Positions 1 through 9,862 of a stretch of 38,856 nucleotides of DNA are shown here, piece by piece; the first letter of the stretch is position 1, and every line of letters begins with the position of its first letter. Below the pieces are notes generated by a model, which worked only from the letters and a program-made list of their open reading frames with translations, did no database searches and was not told where the DNA came from. The DNA comes from Sphingomonadaceae bacterium (lineage in GTDB: Bacteria; Pseudomonadota; Alphaproteobacteria; Sphingomonadales; Sphingomonadaceae), in contig CANGBE010000001.1 of the NCBI GenBank assembly GCA_947451875.1, forward strand, positions 1 through 38,856. The letters are read 5' to 3'. A program made the position numbers and the translations under genes.

Positions 1-2
1 GG

Positions 3-986
3 ATGGAAGGACAGGGCATGCATGAGCGCCGCGAAATCCTCAGCGCTTATGTTGACCGGATCGTCGAAGGGCTGGACGGTATTTCCCGTGAGAGCCTGTC
101 CGGCCTGCGCATCGGCTGGGACGCGGGCAACGGCGCGGCGGGGCCCGCGCTCGAATTGCTGGTGAAAAAACTTCCCGGTGAACATTTTTGCCTCTTCACT
201 GAAGTCGACGGGAATTTTCCGAACCACCATCCGGACCCGACCGAAGAAAAGAACCTCGCAGACCTGAAAGCGCTCGTCGCGGCGAAGAACCTCCATTTCG
301 GAGTGGCTTTCGACGGCGATGGCGATCGGATCGGTGCAGTTGACGGTGAAGGCCGGGTGATCTGGGGCGATCAGCTGCTGATGATCTATGCCGAAGACCT
401 GCTGCGCATGGTCCCCGGATCGACGATTATCGCCGATGTGAAGGCCTCAAGCGCGCTGTTTGACAAGGTTGCCGAACTTGGTGGCAAGCCGCTGATGTGG
501 AAGACCGGGCACAGCCTGATCAAATCCAAAATGAAGGAAACTCATTCGCCGCTCGCCGGAGAAATGAGCGGCCACGTGTTTTTTGCGCATGATTATTATG
601 GTTATGACGACGCGCTTTATGCCGCTGTCCGCCTGATCGCTGCCTCGGCGCGGCTGGGCAAGTCCGTCACCCAGCTCCGCAGCGAAATGCCTGCGATGAT
701 CAACACGCCCGAACTGCGTTTCCAGGTGGACGAGAGCCGCAAGTTCGCGGTGATCGACGAGGTCAAGGCGCGGCTCTCGGCCAGCGGTGCTGACGTCAAC
801 GCCACCGACGGCGTGCGGGTGAATACCGCCGACGGCTGGTGGCTGCTGCGCGCATCAAACACGCAGGACGTGCTGGTCGCCCGTGCAGAGAGCCTGAGCG
901 AAGTTGGGCTGGGGCGGTTGATGGAACAGATCGATGACCAACTTGCCGCCTCAGGTCTGGAACGCGGCGAGCAGGCGGGACACTAA
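3..986 (+). CDS. pgmG: Phosphomannomutase/phosphoglucomutase, 5'-truncated by the window edge
   Basis: Metal loop FDGDGDR, sugar-binding [14 protein letters not shown] and C-terminal RASNTQ motifs of the AlgC/PgmG family. The N-terminal phosphoserine domain lies outside the window. Confidence 0.9.
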   Translation: MEGQGMHERREILSAYVDRIVEGLDGISRESLSGLRIGWDAGNGAAGPALELLVKKLPGEHFCLFTEVDGNFPNHHPDPTEEKNLADLKALVAAKNLHFGVAFDGDGDRIGAVDGEGRVIWGDQLLMIYAEDLLRMVPGSTIIADVKASSALFDKVAELGGKPLMWKTGHSLIKSKMKETHSPLAGEMSGHVFFAHDYYGYDDALYAAVRLIAASARLGKSVTQLRSEMPAMINTPELRFQVDESRKFAVIDEVKARLSASGADVNATDGVRVNTADGWWLLRASNTQDVLVARAESLSEVGLGRLMEQIDDQLAASGLERGEQAGH

Positions 987-3706
987 ACTTTGCGGGTGCC
1001 GCTCACCTTGGCTGAACCGAACATGCCCATCTTGCACTTGCCGGAGAGGGAATCGCCATCGAACTGAAGGTCATACTTCAGCGTGATCTTCATCGGCTTT
1101 TCAACCTTGAGATCGAAACGAACGCGGTTGACCTCCAACGTTCCGCCGATAAAATCCTGCGAGCCTTCAGGACTATCGAAACGTCCTGATATGGCGTTTC
1201 CATCGACAGCAAAAGTCACCACCATGCCCTGCGGCCCCATCGGGGTTTTGAGCACCATGTCCCAAGCTCCGTCAACGCGCACTTCGCCCGCAGGGGCGGC
1301 GGCAGCCGGGGCGGGCTCGGTCGCTGGTGCGGCCGCTGCCACGACAACCGGTGCGGGAGCCGAATGCGCGGCGAGATCGCGGCCTTCTATCACCGAGAGC
1401 AGCTTTGTCGGCGTAAGCGGCAGCGCCAGCGGCTCGGGTAGTTCGCCAAAAGGGATCAGCGCATCGGCGATGGCATTGACCAGAGTCGGCGGGCCGATGA
1501 TCGCCCCGCCCTCACCGACGCCGCGCATCCCGCCCAATGCCTGTGAAGGCGTGTTGGCAGGGACGAATTCGAACTCGGGAATGTCGCTGATCGCCGGGAG
1601 CAAATAGTCTTTGAAGGTCGCTGACAGCGGGTTGCCGCGCGCATCAAAGGGCATCTCTTCCAGCAGCACCATGCCAATGGCCTGCGCGAGGCCGCCGGAA
1701 ATCTGGCCTTCTACCACTGCGGGGTTGATTACCGTTCCGCAGTCCTCGCTCGAGATCCAGCGCAGGATCTTCACAAAGCCGGTGTCGGCATCGACCTCGA
1801 CCACGCAGGCGTGGGCGGCGCTGGTGAAGGTCATCGGCGGCGGCTGATAGCGGTGTTGCACCTCCAGCCCGCTTTCGCAGCCGGGTGGCAGGCGGTCGGG
1901 CTCGCCATAGGCAATCGCAGCGATCTCGCCCAGCGAGCGCGACATTTCCGGCGCTCCGGTAACGTGCACCGTGCCGCCATCGATGGTAATGGTCTCGGCG
2001 CTGGCGTTGAGTAGATGGGCTGCGACGGTTTTCACTTTGGCCGCCAGAAGGTCTGCTGCCGATATGGCCGCGCCGCCGCCGATCACGCCCTGTCGGCTGC
2101 CCGCCGCGCCGGGCGAGAATCCGCCGCGCGCGCTATCGCCTTCGAACACTGTGACGTCTTCATAGGCTACGCCAAGCCGGTCGGCGATAATCTGTGCCAT
2201 GGTGGTTGCCGTTCCGTGGCCTTGGCTGTGGGTAGACATGGTGGCGGTGACTTTGCCGGTCGGCTCGATCCGGATCTGCGCCAGTTCGCCGGTCATCACC
2301 GGCATGGAGCCCGCCGAACCGGTTGGTTCGATATAGGTCGCGAGACCGAAGCCGAGGTAACGCCCCTCAGCCCGCGCTGCCGCCTGCTCCTTGCGGAAAG
2401 CAGCGAGGTCGAAATGGTGGAGCAGCTTTTCCATGCACTCGGCAGGAGTAATGTCTTCGCGCGGAATGCCCATCGAGCTGACGCTCGGCTGGTCTTTCAG
2501 TGTCACCAGATTGCGGCGGCGGATTTCCACCGGATCGATGCCGATCTTTCGCGCTGCCCTGTCGAGTAAGGTCTCGCGGATCAGTGATTCGATGGCCCAC
2601 GGCCCGCGATAGGCGGCAAGGCCATTGGTGTTGGTGTAATATCCGCGCGTAAGGAAGGCATAGGCGGGCATCTTGTATGCCCCCCAGACGAACATGTGCA
2701 CCGCGATGTTGTTGTCCGGCCCTTGCGGGTTCGCACCATTGTTGCAGGCATAGTCACCGTGGCTGGCGAGCAAGTGCCCTTCGGCATCAAAAGCCGCCTG
2801 CAGTGTCATCTCCGCCTCGCGGCACTGGTTGGAAGCGGTTAAGGCCTCATAGCGATCCTCGATCCATTTCAGCGGCCGCCCGAACAGCAGCGCGGCGAGG
2901 ATGACTGAGACCTCTTCCTTCCACGGATGGTTCTTGAGCCCAAATGATCCGCCAACATCCTTGGCGATCACCCGGATTGCGGTCTGTGGCAGGCCCAGCG
3001 ACTGGCTCACCCAGCGGGCGATCATGTGTGGGCTCTGGCAGGTGATCCACAGTGTGAGCTCTTCGTTGCCATCGCGCGAGGCAACAACGCCGCGTGTCTC
3101 CATCGGTGCTTGCGAGATGCGCTGGTGAACCACTTTCTGCGTCACCAGATGCGCTGCGCCGTTCAGCGTGGCGGCCAGATCATCGTCCAGCTCTTCGTCG
3201 CCCATTTCGGCGGCGATGTTGTCGCTGGTGCCGGGGTGGATCGGCGGGCCATTGCGCGCATCCGCCAAGGTAACGACGGGATCGAGTTCTGCGTATTCCA
3301 CTTCGATCAGCGAGGCAGCATCTTCCGCCAGCGCGCGGCTGTCAGCCACTACGAGCGCCAGCGGCTCGCCGACATAGCACACCCGATCACTGGCAAGCGG
3401 GGTCATCTCGACTTCGGGCGGCAGCAGGAAGAAGCTGAGCATCTGCGCGTTGAAGTGCGCGAGGTCGGCCTGAGTATAGACCGCGTGAACGCCCGGCATA
3501 TCGCGCGCGGCAGAGGTGTCGATGTTCAGGATATTACCGCGGGCTATGGCGCTTCGGGCAAAGGCGCAGTGCAGCATTCCCGGGAGCGAAATGTCATCGA
3601 CGAACTGCCCGCGCCCGGTTAGCAGGCGGGGGTCTTCTTTGCGGAGGACACGCTGGCCGATATAGCGTGCAGCTCCAAGTCCCTGCGGCAGTTGCTGAGC
3701 ATTCAT
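983..3706 (-). CDS. Xanthine dehydrogenase/CoxL-like molybdopterin-binding large subunit with extra C-terminal domain
   Basis: [13 protein letters not shown]-terminus, [24 protein letters not shown], catalytic GVGE. The active-site loop is AYRGPW. An Ala/Pro linker and a ~95-aa extension follow. Confidence 0.9.
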   Translation of the reverse strand: MNAQQLPQGLGAARYIGQRVLRKEDPRLLTGRGQFVDDISLPGMLHCAFARSAIARGNILNIDTSAARDMPGVHAVYTQADLAHFNAQMLSFFLLPPEVEMTPLASDRVCYVGEPLALVVADSRALAEDAASLIEVEYAELDPVVTLADARNGPPIHPGTSDNIAAEMGDEELDDDLAATLNGAAHLVTQKVVHQRISQAPMETRGVVASRDGNEELTLWITCQSPHMIARWVSQSLGLPQTAIRVIAKDVGGSFGLKNHPWKEEVSVILAALLFGRPLKWIEDRYEALTASNQCREAEMTLQAAFDAEGHLLASHGDYACNNGANPQGPDNNIAVHMFVWGAYKMPAYAFLTRGYYTNTNGLAAYRGPWAIESLIRETLLDRAARKIGIDPVEIRRRNLVTLKDQPSVSSMGIPREDITPAECMEKLLHHFDLAAFRKEQAAARAEGRYLGFGLATYIEPTGSAGSMPVMTGELAQIRIEPTGKVTATMSTHSQGHGTATTMAQIIADRLGVAYEDVTVFEGDSARGGFSPGAAGSRQGVIGGGAAISAADLLAAKVKTVAAHLLNASAETITIDGGTVHVTGAPEMSRSLGEIAAIAYGEPDRLPPGCESGLEVQHRYQPPPMTFTSAAHACVVEVDADTGFVKILRWISSEDCGTVINPAVVEGQISGGLAQAIGMVLLEEMPFDARGNPLSATFKDYLLPAISDIPEFEFVPANTPSQALGGMRGVGEGGAIIGPPTLVNAIADALIPFGELPEPLALPLTPTKLLSVIEGRDLAAHSAPAPVVVAAAAPATEPAPAAAAPAGEVRVDGAWDMVLKTPMGPQGMVVTFAVDGNAISGRFDSPEGSQDFIGGTLEVNRVRFDLKVEKPMKITLKYDLQFDGDSLSGKCKMGMFGSAKVSGTRKV

Positions 3707-4179
3707 TGGCCGGAATCCGCAGCAAGGCGGCGCGCGGCGCGGCGGATGCCCTGATATCCGGTGCAGCGGCAGATGTGGCCGGAAAGCGAATTCATCAGTG
3801 TTGCCTCGTCAGCCTTTTCCTGCCCGCCAGTCAGCGCCGCGAGGGTCATTAATATGCCAGGCGTGCAGAACCCGCATTGCAGCGCGTGCTCTTCACGCAT
3901 CACCTGCTGCACAGGGTGTAGCGTGCCGTCGCCATCGGCAAGGCCCTCGGCGGTGGTTACTTCCGAGCCGTCGGCTTGTACTGCGAGCATCAGGCAAGAG
4001 CGCACTGCGCGGCCATCAACTATCACCGTGCAGGCACCGCAAACGCCATGTTCGCAGCCGAGGTGAACTCCGGTGTAACCCGCCTCATCGCGCAGATAGT
4101 CACCCAGCGACATGCGTGCTTCAACAGTGGCTGCGTGACCGCGGCCGTTGATGGTCAGATTGACGCGGTGCTCGCTCAT
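3703..4179 (-). CDS. (2Fe-2S)-binding small subunit (CoxS-like)
   Basis: CEHGVCGAC..C and QCGFC..CRC motifs. The start MSEHRV at 4179 overlaps the upstream stop (ATGA) and has an SD (GGAGG). Confidence 0.92.
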   Translation of the reverse strand: MSEHRVNLTINGRGHAATVEARMSLGDYLRDEAGYTGVHLGCEHGVCGACTVIVDGRAVRSCLMLAVQADGSEVTTAEGLADGDGTLHPVQQVMREEHALQCGFCTPGILMTLAALTGGQEKADEATLMNSLSGHICRCTGYQGIRRAARRLAADSGQ

Positions 4180-5045
4180 GCGGCCTCCCCGACTGTTAGA
4201 GCCTTGCGCAGGGTCTTGGCAAACAGGCGCTTGCCGACTGTCCGGCGGTATTCGGCGCTGGCATGGTGATCGTCGAAGGGCGCGCATTCGCTGAGTGCGA
4301 GTTCGGCGATTGTATCGGCATCGATGCTGCCCAATGCCTGCCCGAGCAGCGCCGCCTCTGCAGAGTAGGCGCGGATCGGTGTGCCGCCCATGCCGAACCA
4401 ACCGAGCCCGGCGCGGGTGATTGCTACACCTTCAATCGCCAACGCGCCGACCATGCCGACCAGCGCGAAGTCGCCAGGCCGCTGCGCCAGTTCACAGAAC
4501 AGGGGGGTGTGGCCGCTGGGCCAATGCGGGAAAGTGATTGCGGTCACCAGCTCATCGGGTTCGAGAATGGTCATGTAGGGGCCGACGTAGAATTCGGTTG
4601 CGGGAACCGAGCGCTGCCCCCGCACGGAGGCGATCTCGATGCTCGCACCCATGGCGACAGCGCAGGCGGGTTGCTCCGCTGCCGGTTCGCCCAAGGCGAT
4701 CGAGCCGCCCACTGTGCCGCGATTGCGCGTCTGGTGGTGGCCGACATGGCGCAAAGCTTCAACCAGCACGGGCAGTTCGGCGGCGAGCAGCGGGTTTTTC
4801 AGCGCATCGCACTGCCGCGTTGCTGCGCCGATGCGGATGCCGTTTTCGGTAAGCGATATGCCGGAGAGTTCCGGTATCTTGTTGATGTCGACGAGCACGA
4901 AAGGCTGGCTCATCCTGAGATTAAGCAGCGGCATAAGCGTTTGTCCGCCCGCGATTACCGTCGCCCCGCCGCCCGCTTCGGCGAGCACCTTGCAGGCCTC
5001 TTCGACCGAAGTCGGCGCGACATAGTCAAACGGAGCGGGCTTCAC
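4176..5045 (-). CDS. FAD-binding medium subunit (CoxM-like)
   Basis: Starts (V)KPAPFDY, with AGGQTL, RNRGTVGGS, GDFA and AEYRR motifs. The GTG start overlaps the coxG-like stop (GTGA). Confidence 0.92.
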   Translation of the reverse strand: MKPAPFDYVAPTSVEEACKVLAEAGGGATVIAGGQTLMPLLNLRMSQPFVLVDINKIPELSGISLTENGIRIGAATRQCDALKNPLLAAELPVLVEALRHVGHHQTRNRGTVGGSIALGEPAAEQPACAVAMGASIEIASVRGQRSVPATEFYVGPYMTILEPDELVTAITFPHWPSGHTPLFCELAQRPGDFALVGMVGALAIEGVAITRAGLGWFGMGGTPIRAYSAEAALLGQALGSIDADTIAELALSECAPFDDHHASAEYRRTVGKRLFAKTLRKALTVGEAA

Positions 5046-5707
5046 ACCGGCCCTCCGCGCCCAGAGCGATAGCCTGCCACAGCCGAGGCCAGCGCCAAGG
5101 CCGCCGCGCCCAGCACCCAAGCCGGAGCCGCACCGCTCTGGCCGAGGAGGTAGCCAGCGACAATCGCAACCGCCAGCGCCGCCAGCCATGCGAGGGGGAA
5201 GCCGACAGCGTCTTCAGCAACGGGTCGAGCAGATGCAGCGGCGGAGGCTGCAGCAACAGGTGCTGCCACCCCGCTGACCACTTCACCGAACTTGGCGAAG
5301 AACCTGCCCGCCATCTGCTTTGCCGTAGCATCGATGATCGGGCCGCCCAGCTGGGCCATGCGCCCACCAACTTCGGCATCGACCTCATAGCTGACCAGCG
5401 TGCCCGCGCCATCATCACTCAACCGCACCTTGGCGCTGCCTTTGGCGGAACCGGCGATGCCGCCATTGCCCTGCCCGGTGATGGTATAGCCATTGGGTGC
5501 GACGATATCGGAAAGCTGCACAGACCCCTTGAACCGCGCGCCGATGGGGCCGACCTTTACTTCGGCCAACGCGATGAATCGGTCCTCGCCATCACGATCA
5601 AGGCTTTGGCAGCCGGGGATGCATTGGCGTAGCACCTCAGGATCGTTGAGCGCCGCCCAAACCTTGGCGCGCGGGGCACCTACCCGCTGTTCTCCCGTCA
5701 TTCGCAT
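5042..5707 (-). CDS. CoxG-like SRPBCC protein with C-terminal membrane anchor
   Basis: VWAALNDPEVLRQCIPGC and VGGRMAQLG motifs typical of CoxG, followed by a hydrophobic C-terminus (1-2 TM helices). Confidence 0.88.
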   Translation of the reverse strand: MRMTGEQRVGAPRAKVWAALNDPEVLRQCIPGCQSLDRDGEDRFIALAEVKVGPIGARFKGSVQLSDIVAPNGYTITGQGNGGIAGSAKGSAKVRLSDDGAGTLVSYEVDAEVGGRMAQLGGPIIDATAKQMAGRFFAKFGEVVSGVAAPVAAASAAASARPVAEDAVGFPLAWLAALAVAIVAGYLLGQSGAAPAWVLGAAALALASAVAGYRSGRGGPV

Positions 5708-5726
5708 CGGCTTCGAATCCCCGATT

Positions 5727-5747
5727 TATGATACACTGTGTCTTATA
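5727..5747. promoter_or_regulatory. Candidate palindromic operator
   Basis: TATGATACAC-T-GTGTCTTATA: 8 of 10 positions are symmetric. It lies in an AT-rich patch 20 nt upstream of the coxG-like start. Confidence 0.5.
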
Positions 5748-5909
5748 TCTTTCTCTTAGAGTAGTCTCCGGATCGGGCGCAAGTCCATATGGTGTTTGTA
5801 GCGATGGAGTGGGGTGGCGCATCTTCCCGGCGATCACTGGCATTGCTACCCTTGCCCTCGCGGCGCGCCTCGCCAACACTCGGCGAAACAGCTGAGAGGG
5901 ACAGGCCCG

Positions 5910-6539
5910 ATGGGCGCGATTGAAACCGGAGAAATTCCCGTTGATGTGGCAGCGCGGCACACGCAAACGCTGGGTGATGCCCCGCGCATTGCCCCGCTGA
6001 AGCAGGCGGAAATGGAGGCTGATGATCTAGCCCTGTGCATCGCAATTCGCGAATCCGTTGGTGTTTACGAACACAGCCGCATTCCTGATTACATGCTGAC
6101 GATGGTCAAGCATCCGGAGATTTTCCGCCGACAGATGGAAATGGGCACCACGATCTTTCATGGCCGCCTGACCCCGCGAGAGCGCGAAATTGCGGTTTTG
6201 CGTGTGGGGTGGTTGTGCCGCGCACCGTTTGAGTGGGGGCAGCACGTTGCTGTTGCTGCTCGCTATGGCTTGTCCGCCGAAGAGATCGAGCGGATAACGC
6301 ATGGATCATCCGCTGAAGGGTGGTCATGCCACGAAGCAGCCATCTTGCGCGGGGTGGAGGAAATGCTGGGTGATCAGTGCATCAGCGAGGCTACGTGGGC
6401 TGTGCTCGCGGTGAGCTGGGACGAGCAACAGTTGATCGAATTTCCGATGATGGTCGGGCAATATGTCGCTACGGCCTATGTGCAGAACTCGCTTCGGATC
6501 GCGCTGGAAGGCGATAACTCGGGGTTGGCCCGGCGATGA
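5910..6539 (+). CDS. Carboxymuconolactone decarboxylase (AhpD-like) family protein
   Basis: LTPREREIAVLRVGWLCRAPFEWGQH motif and C-terminal VGQY. The ATG at 5910 follows GAGAGGGA. Confidence 0.82.
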   Translation: MGAIETGEIPVDVAARHTQTLGDAPRIAPLKQAEMEADDLALCIAIRESVGVYEHSRIPDYMLTMVKHPEIFRRQMEMGTTIFHGRLTPREREIAVLRVGWLCRAPFEWGQHVAVAARYGLSAEEIERITHGSSAEGWSCHEAAILRGVEEMLGDQCISEATWAVLAVSWDEQQLIEFPMMVGQYVATAYVQNSLRIALEGDNSGLARR

Positions 6540-7153
6540 AGCAGTCTAATAAAGAGGCCGAGGCCCGCGAACTGGAAGTGTTGGGCCAGCCGATCCGCAT
6601 TACACCGCTTGAACAGGATGAACTGGGGCCGGATATTCGCGCTTATGTTGCCCGCATTGGTGCTACGCTTGGCTATGAGGCACCTGAGGTGCTCACCACC
6701 CATTTCGCTGTTGTAGCGCGCCATCCAGCCCTGTTCCGCTGTCAACTGGAAACCGGGATTATGTTTTTCTCCGAATGCGCCCTGCCACCGCGCGAGCGCG
6801 AACTGGCGGTTCTGCGTACGGCATGGCACGCGGGCGCGCCTTATGAATGGGGCGAGCATGTCAATATCGCCCGCAAGCTGGGCGTCACGCCTGAGGAGAC
6901 CGACCGGGTTCGCGCAGGCCCCAATGTGCTGGGCTGGGGCGAACACGAAAGGGCACTGCTGACGGCGGTGGACGAACTGTTTGCCGACAAGATGATCTCG
7001 GATGCTACTTGGGCCAAGCTGGCAGCTAAATGGAACGAAGCGCAGCTGATCGAACTGCCCTGTCTGGTCGGCCAATACCTGGGTGTCGCCATGCTGCAGA
7101 ACTCGCTGCGTATGCCTTTGGCGCGGGAATCCAGAGGATTTGCAGAAAGATAG
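6536..7153 (+). CDS. Carboxymuconolactone decarboxylase (AhpD-like) family protein, tandem paralog
   Basis: LPPRERELAVLRTAWHAGAPYEWGEH motif and VGQY..QNSLR shared with the upstream gene. ATGA overlap. Confidence 0.85.
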   Translation: MKQSNKEAEARELEVLGQPIRITPLEQDELGPDIRAYVARIGATLGYEAPEVLTTHFAVVARHPALFRCQLETGIMFFSECALPPRERELAVLRTAWHAGAPYEWGEHVNIARKLGVTPEETDRVRAGPNVLGWGEHERALLTAVDELFADKMISDATWAKLAAKWNEAQLIELPCLVGQYLGVAMLQNSLRMPLARESRGFAER

Positions 7154-7196
7154 GCGCTGGGTTAGTCTAGCATCTTGATTGAACAGGGTGCCGCCG

Positions 7197-7934
7197 ATGA
7201 ATGAAGCTGCCGACCCGCCCAAGATGGTGAAGCGCCATCGCCTCTCCACCCGGTTATGGCACTGGATCAACGTGATCAGCGTGGCGATTATGCTGATGAG
7301 CGGGCTGATGATCTTCAACGCTCACCCCCGGCTCTACTGGGGGCAATATGGCGCCAATCCTGACAAGGCGTGGCTGGAGCTGCCCGACTTTCCCGGCTGG
7401 ATAACCATTCCATCCTATTACAGCCCGGCCGACGCGCGGGTCTGGCATCTGGCTTTTGCCTGGGTGCTGGGCACGGCCATCGCCGCCTATCTGGTCTGGT
7501 CGCTGGTCAACGGCCACCTGAAGCGCGATCTGCTGCCCAAGCTGGTCGAGCTTTCGCCCAAACATCTGTGGCAAGACATCAAAGACCACGCCGCGCTGCG
7601 CTTCCCCACGGGTGAAGCCGCACTGGCTTACAACATCCTCCAGAAGCTGGCCTATGGCGGGGTACTGGTGGTGCTGTTGCCCGGAATTATCCTGACGGGA
7701 CTTGCCATGTCGCCGGGTGTCGATGCTGCTTGGCATTGGCTGCCGGAGATGTTTGGCGGACGGCAATCGGCAAGATCGATCCACTTCCTATGCGCGGCGG
7801 GTCTCGTTGCCTTCTTCGTCATCCACATCGCGATGGTGGTGCTGGCGGGGCCGATCAACGAAGTGCGATCCATGATCACCGGCTGGTATCGCCTGCCGCA
7901 GCCCAAGGCCGAACGGAGTAAAGATCATGACTGA
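7197..7934 (+). CDS. Cytochrome b/b6 domain membrane protein (Ni-hydrogenase/PhsC-like cytochrome b)
   Basis: RLWHWIN, WHLAFAW, YNILQKLAY and ARSIHF..IHI His ligands in 4 TM helices. The start is uncertain (7179/7197/7224). Confidence 0.85.
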   Translation: MNEAADPPKMVKRHRLSTRLWHWINVISVAIMLMSGLMIFNAHPRLYWGQYGANPDKAWLELPDFPGWITIPSYYSPADARVWHLAFAWVLGTAIAAYLVWSLVNGHLKRDLLPKLVELSPKHLWQDIKDHAALRFPTGEAALAYNILQKLAYGGVLVVLLPGIILTGLAMSPGVDAAWHWLPEMFGGRQSARSIHFLCAAGLVAFFVIHIAMVVLAGPINEVRSMITGWYRLPQPKAERSKDHD

Positions 7935-8691
7935 TTTGCTCTCGCGTCGCCGCCTGCTATCCGCCGGAGCGCTCAGTGCCGGCAGTCTGCTGCTCGCTGG
8001 TTGCGACAAGCTCTCCAAGGCGGGGGCCTTCCGTGACGCGATGGAAGGTGTCGGCAACCTGCACTTCGGCGCCCAGCGAGCACTGATGGGCGATGCACTT
8101 GCCCGCGAGTTCAGCGAAGCAGATATGTCGCCCAACTTCCGCGCCAACGGCAGCCGCACCGGCGCGGCCAATGCGGACTGGGCCAGCCATGCCGCGAGTA
8201 ATTTCGCCCAGTGGAAGCTGAAGGTCGATGGCCTTGTCCTGCGCCCGCTCGACTTGAGCCTCGATGCCCTGAAAGCCCTGCCGCAGCGCACGCAGATTAC
8301 CCGCCACGATTGTGTGGAAGGCTGGAGCGCCATCGGCAAGTGGCAAGGGCCGCAGCTTTCCAGCCTGCTGGGCATGGCCAGCCTGCTCCCCTCGGCGCGA
8401 TTCCTCGTGTTCCACTGCGCTGACCTTTACGAGGGCAAACCCTATTACGAATCGCTCGATCTGATCGAGGCGCACCACGCGCAGACTATCCTCGCCTGGC
8501 AGATGAACGGACAGAACCTCTCGGTCGATCACGGCGCACCGATCCGCCTGCGCTCAGAACGTCAGCTGGGTTACAAACAGGCCAAATACGTTATGCGGAT
8601 CGAGGCACGCTCGACCCTTGCAGGTCTATACGGCGGCAAGGGCGGCTTCTGGGAGGATTCGCGCGGTTACCAATGGTGGGCGGGGATATAA
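7927..8691 (+). CDS. Sulfite oxidase-family (MsrP/YedY-like) molybdopterin oxidoreductase
   Basis: HDCVEGWS Mo-ligating Cys, HGAPIRL, GYKQAKY. Tat-like SRRRLL signal plus lipobox LAGC. Confidence 0.88.
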   Translation: MTDLLSRRRLLSAGALSAGSLLLAGCDKLSKAGAFRDAMEGVGNLHFGAQRALMGDALAREFSEADMSPNFRANGSRTGAANADWASHAASNFAQWKLKVDGLVLRPLDLSLDALKALPQRTQITRHDCVEGWSAIGKWQGPQLSSLLGMASLLPSARFLVFHCADLYEGKPYYESLDLIEAHHAQTILAWQMNGQNLSVDHGAPIRLRSERQLGYKQAKYVMRIEARSTLAGLYGGKGGFWEDSRGYQWWAGI

Positions 8692-8749
8692 GGGGAAATT
8701 TCCGCACTCCCGCTTGCCCCAAGCGCCATGATCGGGAATCACGCTGCCC

Positions 8750-9304
8750 ATGGCGATTCTCTCAGACAAATGGATCCGTACTCAGGCACAGTCGAACGGC
8801 ATGATCGAGCCTTTCGTCGAAAGCCAACGGCGCGAAGGCTGCATTTCCTATGGCCTTTCCTCCTACGGCTATGACGCGCGGGTGGCGGACGAATTTAAGA
8901 TTTTCACCAATGTTGATAGCTCAGTGGTCGATCCCAAGGATTTCGATCCCAAGAGCTTCGTCGATCGCAAGACAGACGTCTGCATCATCCCGCCCAATAG
9001 CTTCGCGCTCGCCCGCACGGTCGAATATTTCCGCGTGCCGCGCGATGTGCTGGTGATCTGTCTGGGCAAGAGCACCTATGCTCGCTGCGGCATCATCGTG
9101 AACGTCACCCCGCTTGAGCCGGGCTGGGAAGGCCATGTGACGCTGGAATTCTCCAACACCACGCCGCTGCCTGCGAAGATTTATGCCAACGAGGGCGCTT
9201 GCCAGTTCCTGTTCCTTCAGGGCAACGAGCCTTGCGAGACGAGCTATGCCGACCGCGCAGGCAAATACATGGGCCAGCGCGGGGTCACGCTGCCCAAGCT
9301 GTGA
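8750..9304 (+). CDS. dcd: dCTP deaminase
   Basis: [19 protein letters not shown] and TPLEPGWEG motifs, C-terminal KYMGQRGVT. Confidence 0.97.
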   Translation: MAILSDKWIRTQAQSNGMIEPFVESQRREGCISYGLSSYGYDARVADEFKIFTNVDSSVVDPKDFDPKSFVDRKTDVCIIPPNSFALARTVEYFRVPRDVLVICLGKSTYARCGIIVNVTPLEPGWEGHVTLEFSNTTPLPAKIYANEGACQFLFLQGNEPCETSYADRAGKYMGQRGVTLPKL

Positions 9305-9855
9305 GCGGTTTTCTCTTTGCTTTTCTGGCGACGCTGCTGATTTCTCTCGGCGCACGCGATCAATTATTAGTGGCGCAACTGAGCGCCAAGCAGGGGCAAA
9401 GGCCTAGTCTGCTGGCGGTCGCTGTCTTTTCCTGCACAATGACATGCGCCGCAGCGGCGTGGCTGGCGACGATCTTTGTTACCGAACTTCCGACGATCCC
9501 AGCACGCATGGTCTTTGCCGGTCTCGCGTTGGTTCTGGCTGGTGTCGAAGCCGTGCTGCTAGGTGCCCGAAAGCTGCCACAAGAGCCGACCCATTCGCTG
9601 TTCGCCGCGCTGATCGTGCTGCTCGCCCAGCAGGTGACCGATGCCACCCGCTTTGCGGTTCTGGCCTTGGCAATGGTGACGTCGGCACCTGTGCCTGCCG
9701 CAATCGGCGGCGCGGCGGGCGGTGCGGTCGCGCTTGGTTTTGCCTGGCTGGCCCCGGAAATCGCGGCAAGGCCCGAGCTTTCCAAGCTCAGGCGGCTGGC
9801 CGGGCTGTTCCTGCTCGCTGCCGGTCTTGTGCTGGTGTGGCGCGGGGTGCAATGA
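9301..9855 (+). CDS. Membrane protein, degenerate GDT1/TMEM165 (UPF0016)-like
   Basis: GTG start overlaps the dcd stop. About 6 TM helices in two repeats, with SLGARDQ and QVTDATR at the positions of the ExGD[KR][ST] motifs. Confidence 0.6.
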   Translation: MSGFLFAFLATLLISLGARDQLLVAQLSAKQGQRPSLLAVAVFSCTMTCAAAAWLATIFVTELPTIPARMVFAGLALVLAGVEAVLLGARKLPQEPTHSLFAALIVLLAQQVTDATRFAVLALAMVTSAPVPAAIGGAAGGAVALGFAWLAPEIAARPELSKLRRLAGLFLLAAGLVLVWRGVQ

Positions 9856-9862
9856 TCGGGTT

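Noticed and set aside
983-5707. Aerobic CO dehydrogenase
   Set aside because: The loop is AYRGPW, with no Cu-ligating Cys (AYxCSFR) and no coxDEF accessory genes.
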